Source: Ramazzottius varieornatus (Eukaryota; Animalia; Tardigrada). Taken from it: a stretch of 10,206 bases of DNA. The stretch covers positions 1 through 10,206 of the forward strand of contig BDGG01000036.1 of NCBI GenBank assembly GCA_001949185.1, written 5' to 3'. Each line of letters begins with the position of its first letter. The stretch's first letter is position 1. The position numbers and the translations under genes were made by a program. Below, one piece after another: positions 1 to 7,050 of the stretch. The notes below the pieces were generated by a model that worked only from the letters and a program-made list of their open reading frames with translations, did not search any database and was not told where the DNA came from.

Positions 1-1073
1 TACTGGTATGGTACTATCGTGTTCTAGCGCTACGAGGTACTGTCGTCGTTTTGAAAATTCCGAGGGAAATCGATAATCTGGTCTCTTTGCATTTTTGGAC
101 AGCTGGAATGTGCTGGCCGGTGTTTGCTAATTGGGTTCCGACACCTCAAATGACTAATTTGTTTGCAAGGCACTCTGGAAGAAGCACCAAAGCGCAAAAC
201 GATACGGACATGTGCTGGTTCGTTTTTGGCAGCGGGGCATATTCTTCAGTCCCTCTAGCAGAAGTCAAACTACCGTAAAATGTCTGGAATGCCATATTTG
301 ACGGAGTCATGTTTGCCATAAGGATGCAGGATATTCTACTGTGACATTCTTTTGATGTTGAGGTCTGCCAACGTGTGTTTGTGTTTGCCCATCAGCTGAA
401 GTCCAAGCAGAAGGATACAGTTAATGTTACAGTTTAAAGGGAAGGCTATCTGTCCTTTTCAGTGATGGCTTCGGGTGACTATCGTCAAAGAGATTGATTG
501 CGGCTGCCATCTTCCCCATAAATTCCCACTGTGTGGACGCCGTTCAGCCTCATGCTCGGCTGCACGCACCACGAAGCACACTACATGCTCGCATTCCGTC
601 AAGGATTAGCGGAGGACCCTCTTAGCTGCCGTTCCGGGTCTTCGCAAATGTGCAAGTGCACAGAGTGCTTCGACCGTAACGTCACTTGGTTCATTGGTGA
701 CTTCTTGCTAGCTGCGGTATTTTCAGAATATTTTGACTGCTCATGAGTAGTGGACTTTGCCTTGATCTATTCGGAAGTCCACTACAATACATTCAGCCGT
801 TGTTGACCGGTCAGGCGAGGTCGCCCCTGACACCCTCCACCTCCGCAACCATACGTTAAATCGTCGACAGTTTCACCTGCCGATTATCAATGTCAAACAA
901 TTATGCTATGAAGAAAAAAAACAATGTTGTATGATAGTCCTTGTCGTTATCCGGACTTCTCGAGTGCTGTTGCATTTTGTTAAGCTCATAATCGTCACAG
1001 GTTTACCAACTAATCTTATTGTAAGTCTCCGCATTTATATGGTTGTCACAACCAGAAGTACGATTTTACTGAC
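1..1073 (-). other. Otx: Otx homeobox intron (phase 0, position 46/47), extends past window start
   Basis: GTCAGT donor at 1073. No AG-preceded VWFKNRR-coding sequence was found in 1-1073. Confidence 0.8.
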
Positions 1074-1228
1074 CTGCACGCGCGGTTCCGGCAGGCTGAT
1101 CTTCAGCGCGGTCTCCTCGCGCATGAAGATATCGGGATACTGTGTCCTCGCGAAGAGCGATTCGAGCTGGTCCAGTTGGTTCCGATTAAAGGTCGTCCGT
1201 TCTCTGCGTTGCTTCCTTGGAGCGCCCA
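1074..1228 (-). CDS. Otx: Otx homeobox exon encoding homeodomain residues 1-46 (gene continues beyond the window's left edge)
   Basis: Acceptor cctttttgctccAG|TG (AG at 1230-1229). The 155-nt exon reads (V)[51 protein letters not shown] and ends at donor CAG|[17 protein letters not shown] and YPDIFMREE are Otx signatures. The intron between homeodomain codons 46 and 47 is the conserved PRD-class position. Confidence 0.96.
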
Positions 1229-2854
1229 CTGGAGCAAAAAGGCATCTGATAAGTATAAAGACTGGATATACGGTACTGTGAATACTGCTGAAAGTTCTTT
1301 CTCACAAAACTTCGTGTCTTTCATTATCGACGATTCTGCTGATATCTTAGGGGCTGTTTATTTTTCCCATGAGACAGAAAGTTTTCGTCTTGATTCAGGC
1401 TAGCGAGGAAACAAAGACGTTGAATGGGCAGATTGTCAATCTGGATGTCGTCTCGGAATGTTTAATTAGCAATTTGAGGCTCTTTCGGCCGGAAAAAAAT
1501 GGGTTTCGTGAAGTGCTTGCGTACTGATTGGCGGCTATGAACAGAGTCTCGTTTCCTGCCCATAAAGCCTACTTTAGTTTTCCTCAGATGAAAAGCGCCG
1601 CACGATGGGGGCATTTTGTTGAAGGGGCAAAAACGCAGACTGTGCAGGTAACACGAAGACTTGCTCAAACATGACAAAAACACGGACAAACACAGTGAGA
1701 AAATAGAGCGCGTAAGCCAAAGCTCTCGAACAAACAAACGGCGATTCGAACGTCTTTTTAGCTGAGCCAATGCTGCTGCAAGAAATATCGCGTCAAATGA
1801 AGTCCGTGCCTTATTCACAATGGCCAGTAGTCTACCAGTTCACTCACCAAGTGACCCAAACAACCGCAATATCAAACAACCCCGAAACCGATACACTGTA
1901 GACAAGCAACGAAGCCGGAGCACAATTATACGTGAGATCGGGTTTGACACTGAAAACATTTTTTGTACTGCTCAAAGCTGTCGTCTGGATGTTTTCACAA
2001 CTACAATACCATGCAAGACTGAAGTTTTCGTGTTAATATCTTTTCAGATAGCAACTAGAACGGCCTCAATGTACAGTTTTGAGTGATCCTGTTTGATGAT
2101 GGATATTGCGAAAAATTAAGGAACCGCTGTGTGTGATAAAGGTCATCAGGGTTTTACAAACTGCGGCGGCCGGAATCGTAAAATATATGGTTCACCTTGA
2201 GATTCAGAGCTAACAGTCTTTTGTGCACCTGACGATTAAAAAAGTACTTACAGTTGGAAGGTCAGTTTACCGAAAAAAGACAGACATAAGCAGAGATTTC
2301 GTCGGTGGGATCATCTGGGCTTTGGCTGGTAAGTTTTGGGGATGATCGTCGCCTAACAAGCCGGCCTTGCCGCCCCATTCTGTCTCTACTGGCCCTTATT
2401 AGCCTCAACATATGCTCCAGTGATTCAGCGTTACCCAGCTCTTCAGTGTATACACAATAAAGAACACCTATTCTCCATATCCGGCTTTTCCTAAGATTAT
2501 CCGTCTACAAACGTTACATAAATTACGCCAACGCAGAAAAAAGTCTACAGCGCATTTGCTCCACTAGCAATATCAAGTTTGGAGCTTTAGTTCCCATACG
2601 ATTAGGCCCATATTGAACAAGAAAATATTTTGTATCCTTCTACAGTCCGTCCGCGCCTTGGTCGGAACCCAACTCTCCGACGTCAAGGCAGCACAGCACG
2701 GCTTTATCGATATCGCCAACGGTAGGTCTGTGTTTCAACGGTGTGTTTTGCTTCACATCGCCGTAGGCCAATATTTCTTTCGGTTATTCGACGTTCGAAA
2801 TTAACGCATGTCGATCACAAAATGTGAGCGAATAGTTACTGTGGTTGAGCTTAC
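1229..2854 (-). other. Otx: Otx intron, phase 1, 1626 nt, GT-AG
   Basis: GTAAGC donor and pyrimidine-tract CAG acceptor. Splicing joins G+TG = Val and keeps the frame from the N-terminus into the homeodomain. Confidence 0.88.
1848..1959 (-). CDS. Candidate alternative Otx exon inside intron 1 (alternative first coding exon, or 48/102-nt cassette)
   Basis: Strong donor TTG|GTGAGT at 1848/1847 in phase 1. The frame is open back to an AAAAA-ATG at 1959. Two in-frame AG|TG acceptors would start exons at 1949 and 1895. No homology support. Confidence 0.25.
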
Positions 2855-3038
2855 CATTTCCGTAGGCGACGTTCGAGTGGAGCATATCTGAAGTGGCTGC
2901 AAGAGCCATTCCGTTGACAGAGTAGGGATTTTGTCCCTTGAGATAGTTGGCCATGGCCGAGGACGAGTTGGCTCCTCCACCGCCCATTGCCAGTCCGTTC
3001 ATCATTCCGTATCCGTCGGACTTCATGTAAGCCATCAT
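2855..3038 (-). CDS. Otx: Otx/orthodenticle homeobox transcription factor, first coding exon (N-terminal domain)
   Basis: ATG ATG at 3038/3035 opens MMAYMKSDGYGMMNGLAMGGGGANSSSAMANYLKGQNPYSVNGMALAATSDMLHSNVAYGN (61 codons + 1 nt). The part YLKGQNPYSVNGMAL...DMLHSNVAY matches the Otx N-terminus (vertebrate OTX2 MMSYLKQPPYAVNGLSL...DLLHPSVGY). The exon ends at donor AATG|GTAAGC (GT at 2854-2853). Its phase 1 fits the homeobox exon. Confidence 0.92.
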
Positions 3039-3381
3039 CAGGAAGCCGGTCGACAACTTCCTTCTTCGCTGTTCAGTTCAGGTCAGCGGCAGTTCGGAAG
3101 GGGATTTGCGCCAGGTGGATAATGCGCCAAGCTTGGTTGATGGTAAGTCGCAAAGGTCGGCAGATGCTGCAAAAGGGGATACAGAGGGACAGTCCCCAAC
3201 AACCAAGTCTTCACAGTCGACCCTTCACTAAAAATGCAGAGATGAGATTAGCGTGGTGGCGATAAGAAACGATGGACTGAGAGCCGTACAAACAAATGCT
3301 GAAAGCAAAGGTTTTAGCTGGACAATTCGGGAGACGATTTAAGCTGGAGCAATCTTGTTGGCGTTGAATTGAACTACTGTT
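3039..3381 (-). other. Otx: Probable Otx 5' UTR
   Basis: The 343 nt directly upstream of the start codon contain no minus-strand ATG. Promoter-like motifs lie just beyond. The transcription start and any UTR intron cannot be fixed from sequence. Confidence 0.5.
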
Positions 3382-3630
3382 CATCAAGAAGAGCTTAAGG
3401 ACACTCGCCCACTTCACACAAATCTCCGCTCGACGCGGGCAATCCAGCTTGAGCTTAAACCGGGCTCCACCCTCCTGTCCCATTCTGTGGGCCTATTGGT
3501 TCACTGCAGCGTGGTGTTATGGGGTGGCGCCGCCGTACGCTGTCCTATTGCGAATCAGCTGAGCGGCACTTTAGGGTGGTTGAGTAAGGTGAAAATCAGA
3601 CTGTGCTGCACGTTGACGTCACTTGAGTAG
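3382..3630 (-). promoter_or_regulatory. Probable Otx proximal promoter
   Basis: Minus-strand motifs: TATA-like TTTAAG (3459-3454), Sp/KLF GT-box GGAGGGTGGAG (3475-3465), CCAAT (3499-3495) and CCACCCC (3527-3521). A perfect CRE TGACGTCA (3614-3621) overlaps an NK2-type CACTTGA (3620-3626, plus strand). Confidence 0.5.
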
Positions 3631-3825
3631 TGTGAAAAACCCAATTGTCAAAATGTTTTAGGTATCCTTGCATGCTTCTGAGCTATGCCGCAAAGGCGAG
3701 CAAAGCTGCACGGTAAACCAATTTTGGCATGCCAGGCCTGTTCGTTTCAGTTGTCTAAAAAGCTGTTAGAACTTGCGCGATTTTTGGCGTTAGTTCTTGC
3801 TGACTAACGCGATTGCGAGTTGGGG

Positions 3826-3862
3826 AATAACGTGTTAAATCTGCAATAATCGTGTTAAACTG
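3826..3862. repeat. Imperfect 18-bp tandem duplication
   Basis: AATAACGTGTTAAATCTG (3826-3843) and AATAATCGTGTTAAACTG (3845-3862). Confidence 0.7.
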
Positions 3863-6800
3863 ATATGATAGAGCTTTCAAGGAATATTAATGAGGATTTC
3901 CGGTTGAGGGTTAGGCCGATTCGGCTTTTGGTTTATCAAATACTTGACAAATTGTCTGGACCGAATGAAGACTAACTAATTGGGTAGATCAACTGATAAG
4001 TGAGGACGAGCTCATTACAGATACTGGTGGCTCCGCTAATTTTATGGTAGCCGCCGTAAGCGTATTAACGGATCATCGGAATAATTAGTCTGTCCACACA
4101 TCAAAGTTCGACCCACGTTCCATTCGAACCGTCCCACACTGGTGCCAGAACGAAGAACTCATTGCACATCGCAAATCGGAATTCATTTGCCGTGACCAAC
4201 CCGCGCACTGGTCTTTTGACCGCCGTACTGTATAACCCATACAAACTTCTCTGATGCATCATGTAGATTTCTATCGTCGACGGATAATTATACCTGACTT
4301 TAAACGCAGGATTTAGTCACAGTTGACAGACACGGTCTTCTGCCGGCCGGGATGGAAGTTGCTGCAGAGGCAGTCTCGGTAGCAATTTGCCTGTCTAGCG
4401 TCGATAAGGCTCTGGTGAAAAGTGTGCTGCGTGTAAAGACAGCTATCAAAGCTCATAACAGCCATGTTTGTCGTGTCATAATAGAGCAAGAAATGGCTGC
4501 TTGGCATGTTGCCTGGCGGGCCAACGTGTAATTGATTTGTTCATAGTTGGATGGACAGAAAATGGCCGCCGAAAATTGGTAAGGCCGTCCGACCTGTCAC
4601 TGGTCGAGTCAGACCCGAGGCGCTCTTTTCTTCCTAGTGTTTATCATGTAACAATTGTCCAACTATCGCTCGTGATCATCGTCTGTCATTCCTCTTGACT
4701 TCGACCTCCTCCGCAGCCCCTCTTTCCCCCCTTTTGTCCGACGCATCAGCCAAATTAAAGAAGGCCTGTGACGATGCATGAAAGGAATGCTCGGCTCTTG
4801 TACGGCGTCTCCGTATAGCTCACCTCGACAGACTGGCGGACTCGGCTTCCCAGAGCTCCTACTCAATTAGACAAAAACTTTGAAGGATAATAGGCAAAAC
4901 TTCTCCAATTAGTTGGACGGGATGGCAATTGAAACTAAAGAGCCTTATTGTTCAGCCGGCTCCTGAGTTGCGCGCACTACCAAGTACTAACAAAATAAGT
5001 TCTATGCAGTCTTTGCATTACATTCGTTTTTATGGTGTTCGTCTGCATGAGACTTTGGTACTCAAAAGTCTGAACACTCTAAGAGGGAGCGGCCGATCTG
5101 CTCTCTTGAGTAACCAAATGGTTAATCAGTCGAGTTGCGGGGAGTTTCGCTAAGCCGGAACCCAGTTCATGAGTCAGATATAACCACGAACATGAGAACT
5201 AGTCTGGACCTTAGCTTGGGTACGAGTACCGTAGACATTATGGTAGTGTCTGGCCACTGTGAGCCGGTTGATACGGCAGGGCGTGGCACATTGCGATCAA
5301 ATGTGTGAAACATCTCTAATCGAGCCACCTATCAGGCTGGACAGCTTCGTTCATCGGCACAAGTGTTACTGTACAAGGTCGACCACTGGTTTAACCAGGC
5401 TGACCAAAAAAATGTTTTTCTCATAAACTGAAATTGGATCCGAAGCGAAGGTCTCACCAAGTTGACGGGGCGACTCAAGTTGCACTGTGTTACGTGGGGA
5501 CAGAACGGGAAGAAAGTTGAGATGGTGGACACAGCTGATTAAAGATCAAACAGTACATTTGAGGGCCAGGTCTCGACTGTGCGCTAATAAAGAAGAAGTA
5601 GAAAGACTGAGCAAACATTACGGAAAGATTCGCAGCGATAAGCTTGCTCAACTGTTATCCACTCGAACCATTTATTTGTTAGCTGTTAGCCGTCTCTTCG
5701 CATCCCGCAGGCTTTGTTATCCGGACGGAAAGATAAATTAGCTCTTGTTTTATGCATGAAGGAGCTAACAAGAAAGAATAAGACACGCTGGAGACAAAAT
5801 GGCTACCCTCAGTTTCAAGAGCCCAAACGTACACATGGCAAAGTTTACAAGCCCAAACTCGGAAGTGATGCAACCTTAATGCGTCGGTTGATTTAGTATC
5901 AATATTCAATTTACGCACTTATCGCAACTATACAGATCTTCGAACAACAGAACTCAAGAGCGCTAGAAGGGATGGCCCAGTCTTTAATAGTACGGTCTGT
6001 CGATCGGACGGGCAATAAAATCATTAGCGATGGCCTGGTAATGGTACCAAAGCAGCGGGGAATAGACGATACGGGCGCGTGTAGCAAATGTGTTCAGTTA
6101 ATCAGCAATAAATTAACACTTCAGGGCGATCGATGTCACTCTCAATAAGCCTGCTTCAGGTTCTTTCCGCGCTCCGTTCAACGTACCCCTTTGAATTCTG
6201 AGGACTTACGTCAATATTTAGAGCGGAAGATATCACCAAATGTTCGGTAGTTTAAAGATGTGTGTGGTTAGAGAAGTGGCGATGCTTGAGCGGAACTTGT
6301 TCTTTTGTTGACATTGACAAAAGAAGTGTAAACTTTACGGCGTGATGGCCACTCGCCAAATCGTGGTCTTTACTCCACTCAGCCACTCGTCTTTTCAACA
6401 ACACACTCTTCAAGATCAAACCGTCTCCTGGTCACTAGCTTCGAAACTTCAAACAATATTTTCAACTTCCTTCTCCCTAAACTATAGCTAGATTCATTTC
6501 ATCAAGCGGGGAAGAGTTTCTTGTAAAGCTATAAAGTCACAGGTTTTCTCCATATCAACCTGCAACTCGTGGGGTATTTTCTGTTGGAGTTGGCACGTAC
6601 ATGGCCAAGTACTGCCGTACGATGTCATGTTTGGAAACTTTTGCTCAGAAAATAACTTCCTGCTGACTGTTGAAAGTAAAACTACTGCACTGCTCCATGA
6701 ACCGCGTAAACAGACGTCACAGTACGCCTGGAGTTTACGCGTATGGTGACGCACACAGTACACGCTCACTATGACGTAATTCGCGAAGTTTAAGAAGCAG

Positions 6801-6980
6801 TACAGTACTCGATACTCGATGCGGAAGTTACCTGCCTGTCCAAAGAATTAGGTGCCTCGAACTGATTGAAGGTCTTTCTTCGCGATAGCCGATTTCACTA
6901 ATTGGTTTACTAACGAAACAGAAAGCAGGAGCTACGCTTGGGAGGGGGAAGGAGATGGATCTTGGGAAAAAGGTTAGCTT

Positions 6981-7050
6981 GTGAGGAGGAAGGGATTAGG
7001 GCAAATGAGATGGATGGCGTCACGCTTCTCTTCCATGATCCCTTCCTCAC
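6981..7050. repeat. Inverted repeat / potential hairpin
   Basis: GAGGAAGGGAT (6986-6996) is the exact reverse complement of ATCCCTTCCTC (7038-7048). The flanks GTGAG and CTCAC can also pair. Confidence 0.55.

Noticed and set aside
1-330. Short recurring words (GGTACTRTCGT twice, ATGTGCTGG twice) as a CRISPR-like or satellite array
   Set aside because: Only two short copies each with irregular spacing, inside a eukaryotic intron.
810-854. Minus-strand VWLRRWR as the missing third Otx exon
   Set aside because: It is preceded by AAC rather than an AG acceptor and lacks the invariant WF-x-N of homeodomain helix 3.
1229-1247. Upstream alternative acceptor (atcAG at 1247-1246) analogous to the OTX2 8-aa insert
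   Set aside because: It adds 17 nt and shifts the homeodomain out of frame.
931-1403. Overlapping ORFs 931-1281(+), 1176-1403(+) and 1103-1324(-)
   Set aside because: These are antisense or off-frame shadows of the homeobox exon with no recognisable protein features.
2252-2352. Possible coding cassette exon ending at T|GTAAGT (2251)
   Set aside because: In the Otx frame it hits a TAA stop before the donor. It could only be a non-coding or poison exon, and nothing supports that.
2329-3148. Plus-strand consensus donors G|GTAAGT at 2329 and 3143 as evidence for an antisense transcript
   Set aside because: Two 7-mer matches in 10 kb are near chance, and no coherent exon structure can be built.
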